Source: Campylobacterota bacterium
GTDB lineage: Bacteria; Campylobacterota; Campylobacteria; Campylobacterales; Sulfurimonadaceae
Assembly (NCBI GenBank): GCA_034661055.1
Contig: JAYEKO010000033.1
Span: 1-18,753 of the forward strand
DNA length: 18,753 nucleotides
Direction: 5' to 3'
The position numbers were made by a program, and so were the translations under genes. Below the pieces are notes generated by a model. It saw nothing but the letters and a program-made list of their open reading frames with translations, did no database searches and was not told the origin of the DNA. Positions 1-10,857 of this stretch are shown here, piece by piece. Positions within the stretch are counted from its first letter, which is position 1. Each line of letters opens with the position of its first letter.

Positions 1-906
1 ACTAACCACCCCCTAGCACGTATATTTGCAACTGCATACGGAGTGTATGTATTTGGCATGATTATAACAATTTTAGCGATGTCTGGTGTCTTGGAGATGA
101 ACTTTTTAACATTTCATTCTGGGGGCATAGCAATCATCATAGAGGGTGTGCTCTTCTCATATTTAATTCACTACAATATTAGAATATTGGAAAATAAAAT
201 AAGGGAGCAGAGAGAAGTTATTATTACAAAAAATAAAAAGGCTCAATTGGGTGAGATGATTAGTGCAATTACTCATCAATGGAAGCAGCCTTTAAGCAGA
301 ATTACTTCTATTACATCACTTTTAGAGTTTAAAATAGAGAAACAAATTGAGATACCAAACTCTGAGTTAAATGAGAAGGTTGATACTATCAATAGCAGTA
401 TTCTCTTTTTGAGTGACACTATAGATGATTTTAAAGACTTCTTCAATCCTAAAAGTAGTTCAGATTTACATGATATATCTCAAATAATTCAAAGAGCTAT
501 CTCGCTAAGTTATGATGATACAATGAGTAAAGAGATTACTATTAGTACTGATTTCAACTTTGATGAAAAAGTAAAAACTAATAAAAATGAACTGCTTCAT
601 GTTCTGCTTAATATTATTCAAAACTCTAAAGAAGCATTTAGAGGTAAAGATATTGATATAAAAATTATTAAGATTCTAGGCTATGCAAAAGATAATAAAA
701 CACATATTGATATCATTGATAATGCTGGCGGAATCAATGATGATACACTGCCTTTTATATTTAATGAACACTATAGCACCAAAGAGAGTAGCAGTGGCAC
801 TGGCATTGGGCTCTATTTAACTAAGATTATATTAGAAGACCATTTAAAAGGCTCTATAGAAGCAAAAAATATTGGCGATGGAGCCATGTTTAGGATTATT
901 TTATGA
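1..906 (+). CDS. Sensor histidine kinase, 5'-truncated (probable 7TM-DISM-type membrane sensor + HisKA + HATPase)
   Basis: Frame is open from base 1 (TNHPLARIFATAYGVYVFG...), so the GTG at 43 is probably not the true start. Hydrophobic helices resemble the end of a 7TMR-DISM domain. H-box ITHQWKQP, N-box LLNIIQNS, G1 DNAGGI, F-box IFNEHYSTK, G2 GTGIGL. Confidence 0.9.
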   Translation, partial: TNHPLARIFATAYGVYVFGMIITILAMSGVLEMNFLTFHSGGIAIIIEGVLFSYLIHYNIRILENKIREQREVIITKNKKAQLGEMISAITHQWKQPLSRITSITSLLEFKIEKQIEIPNSELNEKVDTINSSILFLSDTIDDFKDFFNPKSSSDLHDISQIIQRAISLSYDDTMSKEITISTDFNFDEKVKTNKNELLHVLLNIIQNSKEAFRGKDIDIKIIKILGYAKDNKTHIDIIDNAGGINDDTLPFIFNEHYSTKESSSGTGIGLYLTKIILEDHLKGSIEAKNIGDGAMFRIIL

Positions 907-1595
907 CAGACAAACTAACACTACTCTATGTAGAAGATGATGAGGTAGTAAGAGAAAACTTCAAACAGATTTTTGAGGTCTATTTTGATAAAGTACTTGT
1001 ATCTGACAATGGAAATGATGCCTTAGAGATTTACAATCAAAACCACATTGATGTAGCAATACTCGATATCTCCATACCAGGGATGAATGGGCTAAGTCTA
1101 GCTTCAAAAATTAGAGAAAAAGATGATGATATTACTCTTTTTATTATCAGTGCACACTCTGATCAAGAAAAACTGCTACAAGCTGTAAACCTTAGACTTT
1201 TTGGGTACTTGGTAAAGCCCGTAACACATAAAAAGATTGATGAAAGTTTACAAAAAATCATCAAATCAGTATTACCGAAAACTCTTGTGGAGTTATCTGA
1301 GAATTTCTTCTGGAGCACTCTAAGTTATCAACTTTTATATAAAAATGAAACTATAAAATTAACAAAAAACGAGTCTAAAATTGTTCATTTTCTCATAAAT
1401 AATAAAAACATATATTTTACAGCTTGTGATATACAAAATAATCTATTTAACACTAATGAATCGACAGATCATCATTGTAATAATGTTGTACAGATACTAT
1501 CAAGATTCAAAAAAAAGATTCTCAAATACTACAGTGCAGATAATTTTTTTATTGAAAATTGTTATGGTTCTGGATACCGAATCACTACTGCATAG
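903..1595 (+). CDS. OmpR-family response regulator (REC + winged helix)
   Basis: LLYVEDD acidic pocket, ILDISIPGMNG phosphoacceptor, ISAH, YLVKP, C-terminal LTKNE...YGSGY. ATGA overlap with the kinase stop codon. Confidence 0.92.
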   Translation: MTDKLTLLYVEDDEVVRENFKQIFEVYFDKVLVSDNGNDALEIYNQNHIDVAILDISIPGMNGLSLASKIREKDDDITLFIISAHSDQEKLLQAVNLRLFGYLVKPVTHKKIDESLQKIIKSVLPKTLVELSENFFWSTLSYQLLYKNETIKLTKNESKIVHFLINNKNIYFTACDIQNNLFNTNESTDHHCNNVVQILSRFKKKILKYYSADNFFIENCYGSGYRITTA

Positions 1596-1608
1596 ATTTT
1601 AATTCTAA

Positions 1609-2889
1609 TCATCTCCCCATAGCCCTGTCAAGTGCCGCTAAAGCACGATAATAATCATAATAGGTACGCACTAAAGATGCTAATGAATCAATATAGTTTT
1701 GACGTGCTTGCTGTAGTTCAATATAGTCAGAGAGACCATGTTCATAACGTTTTTGTGCCTGAATATGTTTCTCTTTTGCAGCAATAGAGAGACTTTGAGA
1801 AAGTTTAACAGCATCACGATTTTTAAAAAGATAGATATAGGCTTCGCCTACCTCCTGTTTAATAGAAAGTTTTGAGTTTTCATAGAGTGATTTAGAACGT
1901 AAAAGAGCAATCTTAGCTTCTTGCACCTTTGCATCCGTCTCATAGCCAGAAAATAGATTCCATTTTGCGTTAACTGTAGCACTGTATTGCTGTTGTGGCG
2001 TATAGAGCTGTCTATCTTGTACCTGCTGTGCAAAATATTCACCTGTGGCATAAATTCCCGGATAGTAGTCTGCATTACTGTTATGCAAGTAGGCCTTAGC
2101 TGTCTCAATAGCATAGGCATAACTTTTAAGCTCATTACGGTGCTCATAAGCAAATGCCTCTGCATCTTCAAGTGTTAAACTAACCGTAGGTAGTGTCTCA
2201 TAAAGGTTAGCATAGTTTAACTCTTTTTCGTAAACTTTGCCAAGTTTTTTTGAATAAGAAAGACCAATTATCTTCTCTAGGTTGATACGGTCAAGCTTAA
2301 TAGCATACCCATTGTCTTGTAGTGCCAACTGCGCTTCAATTAGGCGTACGTTTGCATCAGTTATATCTATTTTTGTGCGAATACCAGCTTCAAAATAACG
2401 CTTTGAACGATAAAGTTGCTGTTCATTGAGCTCAATATTTTCGTAGTTGACTCTTAAAAGACTTCTGTTTTGCAGTAACTTGTAATATCCATTTTTTACC
2501 TCAAAAATCTTATCTGAGATTGCCTGTTTAAGTTGTGCGCTGCTAGCATTTACATCACTTATGGCACCATCAATAGCACCAGAGGTTTTTCCAAAATCAT
2601 ATAGCAGTTGCGATGCACTGAGTGTTCCACTTAGAACAGTTGCATTATCAAAACTCTCACCTTTGAGCTTAGCTCCTCCATACCCTACCCCCAAATCTGC
2701 ATTTAATGAAGGAAGCCTGTAAGACTTTGCAGCGTTGACACGCTCTTGAGAAATATCAACATCAAGTCGGCTCACGTTAATATCGGGGCTGCTCTTGAGT
2801 GCTATGGCTATTAAATCATCAACAGTGTAAACAGAAGCATTAGCACATAATGCCAATGCACATAATAAATTTACATGTATATTTCTCAT
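1609..2889 (-). CDS. TolC-family outer membrane efflux channel
   Basis: N-terminal signal peptide and two OEP repeats (YRLPSL...[13 protein letters not shown]...KWNLFSG; RYFEAG / [12 protein letters not shown]). Last gene of the RND operon, ATGA overlap. Confidence 0.92.
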   Translation of the reverse strand: MRNIHVNLLCALALCANASVYTVDDLIAIALKSSPDINVSRLDVDISQERVNAAKSYRLPSLNADLGVGYGGAKLKGESFDNATVLSGTLSASQLLYDFGKTSGAIDGAISDVNASSAQLKQAISDKIFEVKNGYYKLLQNRSLLRVNYENIELNEQQLYRSKRYFEAGIRTKIDITDANVRLIEAQLALQDNGYAIKLDRINLEKIIGLSYSKKLGKVYEKELNYANLYETLPTVSLTLEDAEAFAYEHRNELKSYAYAIETAKAYLHNSNADYYPGIYATGEYFAQQVQDRQLYTPQQQYSATVNAKWNLFSGYETDAKVQEAKIALLRSKSLYENSKLSIKQEVGEAYIYLFKNRDAVKLSQSLSIAAKEKHIQAQKRYEHGLSDYIELQQARQNYIDSLASLVRTYYDYYRALAALDRAMGR

Positions 2890-5800
2890 ATTGATTCTCT
2901 CTTAGAAATCTCATCTTCTACACTGACAAACTTCTCTCTCATACTCTCTAGCAATACATAAAGAACGGGTACAAACAGTGTCGATATAAACGTTGCTGTT
3001 AACATTCCAAACATTAAAACTATTCCAATAGACTGCTGTGTTATGGCACCCGCACCAGTTGCAAATGCAAGCGGAAAAATACCAAACATAAAGGATAGAA
3101 TTGTCATCATAATGGCACGAAAACGCAGACTGCCGGCATTAATGGCAGCATCAATAATGCCTATGCCTCCCTCTCTCTGCTCTTTTGCAAATTCGACAAT
3201 GAGTATGGCATTCTTAGCGGCAAGTGCTACAAGCAAAACGAGTCCGACCTGAGCAAAAGTGTTGAGCGGTAATCCACTCCACCCAAGTCCACCAACTGCA
3301 CCAGCAACCACCATAGGAACCGAGAGTAAAATCATCAGAGGAAGTATCCAGGACTCATATTGGGCAGCGAGTACCAAAAAAACAACCAGAAGAACAAAAA
3401 TAACGATATAGAGCTGAGAATCCCCTGCTAGTGTCTCTTGGTAACTCATACCTGACCACTCATATCCATAACTTGCCGGAAGTACTCTTTTAGATATCTC
3501 TTGCATAGCAGACATCGCATCACCTGAACTATACCCAGGAGCTGCTGCACCATTTATTTGAATACTTCGGTACATATTATAGTGTGTGAGGTTTTGCGGC
3601 CCTATCATGTCATTGACTTGAAGCAAGGCACTAAGTGGTACCATTTTGTTGTTAACATTTTTTACAAACAGTTTATCAATATCTTCTTTGGCGCTCCTAT
3701 ACTCTTTATCGGCTTGAACAAATACTCGAAACACCTTACCAAATTTCGTAAAGTCATTGACATAAACTGAACCCAAATAGACCTGCATCGTTGTAAAGAG
3801 ATCAGCTATATTTACACCAAGAGCATTTGCTTTTTCTCTGTCTATCTTTACATCATACATAGGATAATTCGTAGCAAAAGTTGTAAACGCATATGCGATT
3901 CTAGGATCTTGACTTGCCTCTTTTATCATCTCGTTTGCGTAATGCTCAAATGTCTCCAAATCCCCTGAAAGATAATCTTGTAGTCGAAAGTCAAAACCAC
4001 CCACATTACCTACTCCAGGAATACCGGGAAGATTAAATGCTGCAATATTTGCTTCACTGACTACAGTAGTCTTCTGTTTTATCTGTTTGAGTATGCCAAA
4101 AGAGCTGTTTTGTTTAGTCGTTCGGACTTCCCAATCTGTTAATGACACAAACATTGCAAGAGCAGAACCATCCATAGAGGAAGTAATAATATTGTAGCCC
4201 TCAACACTCACTATATTCTCCACACCTTCAATGTTATAGATAATATCTTCTACCTTTTTCCTTGTTTTAACCGTCTGAGATATGGAAGTGCCTGGCTTTA
4301 AATTTACCGAGACCATTAACATGCCCTTATCTTCTGATGGAACAAATCCCATCGGCGTAATCGTAAATAGAAAATACATAAGATAGAAAATTCCACCCAT
4401 CACTAAAATCATAAAATATCTTAGTTTAATAAGAAGTGTGATTAAAACGGTATATTTAGCAGTCAACCAGTTAAAGAACGTGTCAAACACTCTAAATGCT
4501 ACAAATTTCTGTTCACTATCTCCTCTTCTCTTAATAATAATAGCACAAATTGCCGGCGAAAGTGTCAGCGCATTAAAAGATGATATCAACACAGCAAAAG
4601 AGATAGTTAAAGCAAACTGTTGATAGAGTGCACCCGTAATTCCAGGAAGCATTGAGACAGGTATAAAAACAGCCACTAAAACTAGAGTCGTTGAAATAAT
4701 AGGGCCAATGAGTTCTATCATAGCTTTTTTTACAACCTGAGGCATAGTAAGATCAGGCTCTTTATACATAATAACTTCAACATTCTCAACCACTAAAATA
4801 GCATCATCAACAACAATACCAATGGCTAAAATAAGTCCAAAAAGGGTTAAAAAGTTTATTGAAAATCCACCTGCGGCCTGCATGGCTACAAAAGCACCAA
4901 TAAGCGAAACCGGAATTGCTGCTGCAGCAATTATGGTAGGTCGCCATGAGCCTAAAAAGATAAATATAATTATCATAACAAGTAAAATCGCCATAAAGAG
5001 ATTTTCAACAACATTGTTAACCGCCACCTTGACATACTTGGTAGTATCGTATGGAATATCGTAACTTACACCATCGGGAAAACGGCTCTGAAGTCTCTGC
5101 ATTGTCTCTTCTATTTTTGCTCGAATATCAAGAGCGTTGGCTTCACCAAGTTGATAAACACCAATAAGCCCAGTCGGTTTTTTAGCACTAATGGAGTTCC
5201 AATCATAAATCTCACTACCAAGAATGACTCGTGACACATCACTCAAGTAAACAAGTGACCCATCTCTATTATGTTTTAAGACAATTTTTTCAAACTCACT
5301 AACTTCACTCAGACGACCATCTGTAGTAAGTGTAAACTCCTGTTTTTGATTATCAAAGGTAGGTGTTCCCCCAACCTTACCGATGGAAGCTTGCTTGTTT
5401 TGACTTTTAACTGCACTGATTATATCCATAGGTGTCATATTTAAAGCTTTGATTTTATCAGGGTCTAGCCAGATACGAATAGCATATTTTTTTTCACCCA
5501 TATTTTGGGCCTTGCCTACTCCTGGAATTCTTTTAATTTCATCTAGTACATTAATGTTGACAAAGTTAGAGAGAAAGCTTCCATCATACCGCTCATCACC
5601 ACTAATTGCAATTAGACATACAATAGAGGGACTTCTTTTATCTACAATGACACCTTGAGCAATAACTTCTGCAGGTAGAGATGCTGTAGCAGTAGAGACT
5701 TTATTTTGAACATCAACGGCACCAATATCAATATCATATCCAGGCTCAAAATAGACATTAATATTTGAAGCTCCACTCGACGTTGAGGATGAGTCCATAT

Positions 5801-6032
5801 AAATAACACCCTTAATACCATTAAGCTTATCTTCTAAGACTCTAGTGACCGTATCTTCAACAACAAAGGCGTTTGCTCCAGTGTAGTTTGCAGATACATT
5901 AACCGTTGGAGGTGCAACATCTGGATACTCTGAGACAGGAAGAATCAGCATCGAAACAAGTCCGAGAACTATGACAATAAGCGACATAACAATCGCTAAA
6001 ATAGGTCTCTTAATAAAAGTGACTGAGAACAT
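2886..6032 (-). CDS. RND efflux permease, HAE1 family (AcrB/CmeB-like)
   Basis: 1048 aa. Starts [10 protein letters not shown], has YPDVAPPTV, and keeps the proton-relay motifs [25 protein letters not shown] and RFRAIMMT. Confidence 0.96.
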   Translation of the reverse strand: MFSVTFIKRPILAIVMSLIVIVLGLVSMLILPVSEYPDVAPPTVNVSANYTGANAFVVEDTVTRVLEDKLNGIKGVIYMDSSSTSSGASNINVYFEPGYDIDIGAVDVQNKVSTATASLPAEVIAQGVIVDKRSPSIVCLIAISGDERYDGSFLSNFVNINVLDEIKRIPGVGKAQNMGEKKYAIRIWLDPDKIKALNMTPMDIISAVKSQNKQASIGKVGGTPTFDNQKQEFTLTTDGRLSEVSEFEKIVLKHNRDGSLVYLSDVSRVILGSEIYDWNSISAKKPTGLIGVYQLGEANALDIRAKIEETMQRLQSRFPDGVSYDIPYDTTKYVKVAVNNVVENLFMAILLVMIIIFIFLGSWRPTIIAAAAIPVSLIGAFVAMQAAGGFSINFLTLFGLILAIGIVVDDAILVVENVEVIMYKEPDLTMPQVVKKAMIELIGPIISTTLVLVAVFIPVSMLPGITGALYQQFALTISFAVLISSFNALTLSPAICAIIIKRRGDSEQKFVAFRVFDTFFNWLTAKYTVLITLLIKLRYFMILVMGGIFYLMYFLFTITPMGFVPSEDKGMLMVSVNLKPGTSISQTVKTRKKVEDIIYNIEGVENIVSVEGYNIITSSMDGSALAMFVSLTDWEVRTTKQNSSFGILKQIKQKTTVVSEANIAAFNLPGIPGVGNVGGFDFRLQDYLSGDLETFEHYANEMIKEASQDPRIAYAFTTFATNYPMYDVKIDREKANALGVNIADLFTTMQVYLGSVYVNDFTKFGKVFRVFVQADKEYRSAKEDIDKLFVKNVNNKMVPLSALLQVNDMIGPQNLTHYNMYRSIQINGAAAPGYSSGDAMSAMQEISKRVLPASYGYEWSGMSYQETLAGDSQLYIVIFVLLVVFLVLAAQYESWILPLMILLSVPMVVAGAVGGLGWSGLPLNTFAQVGLVLLVALAAKNAILIVEFAKEQREGGIGIIDAAINAGSLRFRAIMMTILSFMFGIFPLAFATGAGAITQQSIGIVLMFGMLTATFISTLFVPVLYVLLESMREKFVSVEDEISKRESI

Positions 6033-7195
6033 TACTTAGCCTTAGGAATAAGCTTGTTTTTTGTTAAAATAGCTTGTATTCCTTCTGTCTGTGTTACATC
6101 AGTTGCTACAACAGCTCTGCCTTGTTTAAGTTTAACTAATGCCGATACAATGACCCTGTCCCCATCTTTTAATCCATCTTTAACATTAATATAATATTTT
6201 GTCTCATAATCTGTTTTGATATTTACTCTTTTTGCCACACTCTGTTTACCCACTATATAGATATATTTTCCAAGTTGATCAGAGAGTATAATCTCGGGAG
6301 GAATCATCATAAATTCATATTTATCATTAATGAAAAGATTGAGATAGACAAATGTTCCAGGAAGCACTTTTAATTCTTGATTATCTATGGTCGCTCTCAT
6401 TGTAATAGCTGAAGTTAATGGGTCAACCGTATTGTTTGCAAAATCTACAAAACCATCAAGTCGAATTGTCTCCATACTGCCGGGTACTTCTATGAATGCA
6501 TCAGGGTTCTCTTTATCTCGATACTTCTGAAAAAGTCTGACATCATCTTGCGAGGGTGAAAAATAGGTATATATTGGATCCATACTCATAATAGTAGTGA
6601 GTAGCGTAGATTCACCCTGCCCTACAAGATTTCCAACATCGACACGTCGTGCACTAACTCTTCCTGAAATAGGTGCTTTAATAATGGTATAACTAAGCTC
6701 CAACTCCGCTCGTTTAATCTCAGCAATATCACCTGCAATAGCAGCCTCTAAACCAGCAAGTTGTGCTTGATACTGTTCTAGTGTTGCTCGAGGTGCTAAC
6801 CCCTCTTTTACAAGAGGCCCATACCGTGCAACATCCGCTTTGGCTAGTTTTAATGATGCTTCATCTTGGGCTTTTTTAGCTTTAGCAGCACTAAGTAATG
6901 CTAGGTACTCACCTTGTTCTATCTTAAAAAGCTTCTCTCCTTTTTCAACATACGTTCCATCTTTAAAATAGATCTCTTCTAAAATTCCATTAACTCTGGC
7001 TTTAACATCTTGTTCTGAACTAGCTTTAGTCATTCCTGTAAACTGTTTCCAGATGGCAATTGGCTCTTTTTTAATAGTGATAGTATTTACATGTAAAGGG
7101 GGAATTTCTCTTTTAACTTCTACCTTTTTATCTTCACAACCAAGAAAAAAAGGCATCAGCATAATAAGAAGCAGATTAAAAATATTTGTTTTCAC
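6032..7195 (-). CDS. RND periplasmic adaptor (membrane fusion protein), lipoprotein
   Basis: GTG start with AAGGA upstream, lipobox FLGC, VKARVNG...LFKIE lipoyl half, helical hairpin, [24 protein letters not shown] 1-nt overlap with the permease. Confidence 0.93.
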   Translation of the reverse strand: MKTNIFNLLLIMLMPFFLGCEDKKVEVKREIPPLHVNTITIKKEPIAIWKQFTGMTKASSEQDVKARVNGILEEIYFKDGTYVEKGEKLFKIEQGEYLALLSAAKAKKAQDEASLKLAKADVARYGPLVKEGLAPRATLEQYQAQLAGLEAAIAGDIAEIKRAELELSYTIIKAPISGRVSARRVDVGNLVGQGESTLLTTIMSMDPIYTYFSPSQDDVRLFQKYRDKENPDAFIEVPGSMETIRLDGFVDFANNTVDPLTSAITMRATIDNQELKVLPGTFVYLNLFINDKYEFMMIPPEIILSDQLGKYIYIVGKQSVAKRVNIKTDYETKYYINVKDGLKDGDRVIVSALVKLKQGRAVVATDVTQTEGIQAILTKNKLIPKAK

Positions 7196-7227
7196 AGCAG
7201 TAGTCCTTAGTAAAATTAACTCCTATG

Positions 7228-7250
7228 ATTGTATCGAAAAAGATTTAAAA
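7228..7250 (-). promoter_or_regulatory. Putative sigma70 promoter of the efflux operon
   Basis: Minus strand reads TTTTAAATCTTTTTCGATACAAT: -10 TACAAT at 7233-7228 with an upstream T-rich/TTTAAA tract typical of Campylobacterota, about 33 nt before the GTG. Confidence 0.45.
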
Positions 7251-7251
7251 T

Positions 7252-8202
7252 TTATTCACAAAAGTGCTGAAATATCTTTGGTTCTTTAGATTCAAAAGTC
7301 TTACCAAGTAATTTAACTTTTTTAGCGTGTAACAGTACACGCTTAAAGCGTTTTCCACCGTACTGCTCATCACCACAAATAGGGAAATCAATGGAACGTA
7401 AATGAACACGAATCTGATGTGTTCTACCCTCATGAATAATACACTTGACCTTACTTTTTTTACCTGAAACCTCTAATGGATACACTTCAGTCTTAGCACT
7501 TCTGCCACCTTGACGTGCAATTTTTGAGTACGCTTTATTCTTTCTCTTTTGGGTAATAATAGGTTTATCAATAATAACCTCTTCAGTAAAGACACCCTCA
7601 ACCCATGCCACATACTCTTTATAGACCTCATCTTTTTTAAATGCTTTAATCGCTTTCTCGCGATACTCTTCATTTTTAACCAGCATTAAAACACCACTGG
7701 TCTCACGATCGAGCCTATGAAGCAGTCTGCTTCCTGAAAATTGACGCTCAAGTTCATCTGAGTTAATAAAAGCAGGTTTATCAACCACTACTAAGTCATC
7801 ATTTTCAAAAATGATTTTTGCTTTCTCTACTTTTTGAACAATAAACTCTGTCTTTTTATCGATGTCGCCACGAGCAATTATCACTTTCTTATTTCCTACA
7901 TAGACTAAACCTCTGTCTATAAGTGTCTTAGCTTGTGAGTTAGAGATCTCTTCTTGAATAGCTAAAAGCTTGTACGCTTTTTCAAGATTTTTTGACTTAA
8001 CAGGAGCACTCTGTTCTTCGCTCTCTTCAAAGCTCTCTTCTCTAACACGTTGCTCGTTAGCACGAGTTTTACGTCGTGCATTTTTAACACTTTCACGCTT
8101 GGCGTCACTGGAAGCAAAGGCTTTACTCTTTGACTTAATCTTTGCCTCTTTTTTCTTATCTTCGGCACGCTTGTACGAATACTCTTTTTTCTTATTTCCC
8201 AT
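7252..8202 (-). CDS. RluA/RluC/RluD-family pseudouridine synthase with S4-like domain and charged N-terminal extension
   Basis: VVDKP, catalytic HRLDRETSG, KEYVAWV, GRTHQIRVHL, PICGDEQYG, LLHA. AGGA RBS inside the end of waaA supports the ATG at 8202. Confidence 0.93.
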   Translation of the reverse strand: MGNKKKEYSYKRAEDKKKEAKIKSKSKAFASSDAKRESVKNARRKTRANEQRVREESFEESEEQSAPVKSKNLEKAYKLLAIQEEISNSQAKTLIDRGLVYVGNKKVIIARGDIDKKTEFIVQKVEKAKIIFENDDLVVVDKPAFINSDELERQFSGSRLLHRLDRETSGVLMLVKNEEYREKAIKAFKKDEVYKEYVAWVEGVFTEEVIIDKPIITQKRKNKAYSKIARQGGRSAKTEVYPLEVSGKKSKVKCIIHEGRTHQIRVHLRSIDFPICGDEQYGGKRFKRVLLHAKKVKLLGKTFESKEPKIFQHFCE

Positions 8203-8205
8203 AAT

Positions 8206-9360
8206 CTATCCTATTATCTTAACGACTTTTTCTAAGTCTATTTTTTTAGTTATTTTCGAGCCTTGCATGGTCTGCGAGGCAATTATTCTCTTATGCAGTT
8301 CATGAAGTTCACAAAACTGTACATTGCTGACATATTTAAAAAGCTCTAGCTGATGAAAATGCTCTTTTCCTGTAATGATCTTACAACCAAAAGTTGCCGG
8401 TTCTAGAGGATTATGTCCACCAATAGGCGCAAAAGCTCCTCCTAAAATGGCAATGTCACTAATGGCATAAATATTGTTCAACTCACCCATAGCATCTACG
8501 AGAACAATATCTGCATCAAAGCTCTGCTCTTGGCTGAAACGTTTACATGTAAATTCATTTTTGCTACACACAGTAGTAATTAACTGCCACACCTCATCAA
8601 AACGTTCAGGATGGCGAGGAACTACAATGAGTTTACTCTCATACTCTTTACGATACAACACAAATTCTGAAAGAATCATGCCATCTTCACCCTTATGGGT
8701 ACTTGCTGCTACAATAGTCTCTATACTGTCTTTCTCATAACTCTTTGTTACTGTAATCTTCTGAGCTAATTTAATATTGCCAAGAACTTCAACACTCTTA
8801 GCTCCTAAACTCTCAAACCGCTCTTTATCTACATCGCTCTGGACAAAAATCTTATCTACATAAGCAAACATTTTTTTATAAAACCATTTCAGTTTCATAT
8901 ATTTTGGATAACTACGCTCAGAGATACGCGCATTAAGCAGTACTACCTCAGCACCTCTAGCTGAAGCCACTGCAAAAAGCATGTACCAAAACTCTGCTTC
9001 TAAAATAACTACTGTTTTGTGTTTTTTTATCCAAAACGGCAAAAAAACTTCAAAAGGAAGATACCGTACATCGGCACTATATTTTTTTGACTCACTAAAG
9101 CCTGTATGGGTAGTGGTCGTAATATTGATTTCTTCTTCACTGAGTAGATCAAGCAGTGGTTTAAGTGCACGACTTTCACCCAAAGAGCAGACATGAAACC
9201 AGATACCACTTTTTTCAAATGGAGGGTTCTTCCATAAAAAAAATCGTGCCGGAATAGAATCTCTATATTTTTCTTTAAATGAGAGCAGAAATAAAAAAGG
9301 CACCGCCACTACAAAAAGTAGCAGTGAGAGCAGAAAGTAAAAAAGCGTAAACAGCTTCAT
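8206..9360 (-). CDS. waaA: Kdo transferase (lipid IVA 3-deoxy-D-manno-octulosonic acid transferase)
   Basis: N-terminal membrane anchor, IWFHVCSLGE, YLPFE, EAEFW, NARIS, GNIK, AASTH, VPRHPERF, DAMGEL, GGHNPLEP. Confidence 0.96.
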   Translation of the reverse strand: MKLFTLFYFLLSLLLFVVAVPFLFLLSFKEKYRDSIPARFFLWKNPPFEKSGIWFHVCSLGESRALKPLLDLLSEEEINITTTTHTGFSESKKYSADVRYLPFEVFLPFWIKKHKTVVILEAEFWYMLFAVASARGAEVVLLNARISERSYPKYMKLKWFYKKMFAYVDKIFVQSDVDKERFESLGAKSVEVLGNIKLAQKITVTKSYEKDSIETIVAASTHKGEDGMILSEFVLYRKEYESKLIVVPRHPERFDEVWQLITTVCSKNEFTCKRFSQEQSFDADIVLVDAMGELNNIYAISDIAILGGAFAPIGGHNPLEPATFGCKIITGKEHFHQLELFKYVSNVQFCELHELHKRIIASQTMQGSKITKKIDLEKVVKIIG

Positions 9361-9367
9361 TAGGTGT

Positions 9368-10087
9368 CTATGCGACTACCTCATCTTTATCTAAATAAAG
9401 AATTCTTCCACAGTGTGGGCATGTTATAATCTCTTCGCCCTTAATTACTTCAGAATATATTTTGTCATTAATTTTCATAAAACAGCCCATACATGCCTGT
9501 TTCTTGACCGTTACTGCCGTTGTATTTTTTGCCCAACGACGAATTTTCTGATAAAAAGAGAGTCCTTTTTGATTCATCCCAGTAACGAGTTTCTCTTTTT
9601 TAGCAAAGACAACAGCACGCTCTTTATCAATCTCTGCAAGCTTTGAATCGACTTCAGATTTAATAACATCTAAACTTGCTGCCAACTCATCACGACTTGC
9701 TTGACATACGCTAACACTCTCTTTTTTACTAGCGATGATACGATCTAGACGCTCAATCTCTTCATTAGCAAATGTTACCTGCTCTTTTGCAATCTCTTCT
9801 TCTAGTTGAAGTGATTTCATCTCGCGTTCAGTCTTAATTTCAGAGCTTTTTTTCTTATTCTCTTCAAGTTTAGCAGAAAGTTCTGCTAAATGCAGCTCAT
9901 TCTTCTGCTTTTTTAACATCTCCTCCTTAATCTCTTCTTCTAAAGTCTCAATCTCTTTTGCAGTGCTTTGGCTTGTCGCTTGCGCTGTTTCATATTTATA
10001 GTTTGCTTCTTCAATACGGGGTTCAAACGCATCAATCTCTTTATCTACAATAGAGAGGTCAATTAGTTGTTCAAGGTGTTTGTTCAT
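9368..10087 (-). CDS. Coiled-coil C4 zinc-ribbon protein (DUF164; HP0958/Cj0706-like)
   Basis: Long heptad coiled coil followed by CMGC...CPHCGRILY. Conserved position between nif3 and waaA. Confidence 0.92.
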   Translation of the reverse strand: MNKHLEQLIDLSIVDKEIDAFEPRIEEANYKYETAQATSQSTAKEIETLEEEIKEEMLKKQKNELHLAELSAKLEENKKKSSEIKTEREMKSLQLEEEIAKEQVTFANEEIERLDRIIASKKESVSVCQASRDELAASLDVIKSEVDSKLAEIDKERAVVFAKKEKLVTGMNQKGLSFYQKIRRWAKNTTAVTVKKQACMGCFMKINDKIYSEVIKGEEIITCPHCGRILYLDKDEVVA

Positions 10088-10134
10088 CTATTTCCTTTAG
10101 GAATTTCTTTTACATAAATATACATGTATTTTAT

Positions 10135-10857
10135 CTACATATAGGTGAAGGGGTTTTTTGATGGCGAAATTATAACGCTTAATCCTAAATTAATCAAATG
10201 TTTTTCCAAAATTTCTCCAAAATAGCACTCACTTTCGTAATGACCTATGTCAATCATACTCATTCCAATCGTTTTTGCCTCCATGGCATCATGGTATTTA
10301 ATATCTCCCGTTAAAAAGCAATCTGCTTGAATCTCTTTAATAAGTGAGGCCCCTGAGCCTGTTGTCAGTGCTACTGTCTTAATGTTTTCATGACACTGTA
10401 CCACTTTTAAATGTGAAAGTCCAAAAGCATCTCTAACTTTAGCTGCAAAATTATTGAAACTTTCATTAACATCTATGTATGCCACAAAACCATCTGTACG
10501 AGTAATAGAATAACCTAAAACTTCCTGTGCAACATATCTATTTAAATGGGTTTGATCAAAATTGGTATGCATAGCAATATTTGAGATATTTTTTTGAATC
10601 ATCAGTCGTAATAATTTTGAAGGATACTCATTAAAACGTAACTGCTTTAGACCTCCAAAAATAATGGGGTGGTGCGTAATTACTAAAGTGTTATCATCTA
10701 AACTCTCAACTAAAGCCTCATCTAAATCAATACTAAGAACTACTTTTTCAATCTCTGCATCAAAGTCTCCAATTAAAAGACCAGAATTATCCCACTTCTC
10801 TTGAAGTTCAAAAGGAGAAAGTTCATCTAAATAACTGTAGATCTCACCAATTTTCAT
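10135..10857 (-). CDS. Nif3-like dinuclear metal center protein (YbgI/DUF34)
   Basis: WDNSGLL, ITHHP, MHTNFD, TGSG, TGDIKYH, IDIGHYESE motifs. Confidence 0.95.
   Translation of the reverse strand: MKIGEIYSYLDELSPFELQEKWDNSGLLIGDFDAEIEKVVLSIDLDEALVESLDDNTLVITHHPIIFGGLKQLRFNEYPSKLLRLMIQKNISNIAMHTNFDQTHLNRYVAQEVLGYSITRTDGFVAYIDVNESFNNFAAKVRDAFGLSHLKVVQCHENIKTVALTTGSGASLIKEIQADCFLTGDIKYHDAMEAKTIGMSMIDIGHYESECYFGEILEKHLINLGLSVIISPSKNPFTYM

Noticed and set aside
43..45. GTG start of the kinase at 43
   Set aside because: The frame is open to the window edge and the upstream residues continue the membrane domain.
2845..2889. TolC as an OprM/NodT-type lipoprotein (Cys in the signal peptide)
   Set aside because: LLC and ALC do not fit the [LVI][ASTVI][GAS]C lipobox. 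An ANA signal peptidase I site is more plausible.
1..2889. Two-component system as regulator of the adjacent efflux operon
   Set aside because: The two are merely convergent, share no promoter region, and I found no direct-repeat operator upstream of the MFP gene.
7200..7226. Two GGA motifs in the efflux operon leader as CsrA sites
   Set aside because: Only one matches ANGGA, and that one is the SD. No supporting hairpins.
10092..10133. TTCC-TAAA-GGAA hairpin over the zinc-ribbon SD, ATACATGTAT palindrome and a possible TAAAAT -10
   Set aside because: A 4-5 bp stem and a 10-bp AT-rich palindrome are expected by chance. Not enough support for a regulatory call.
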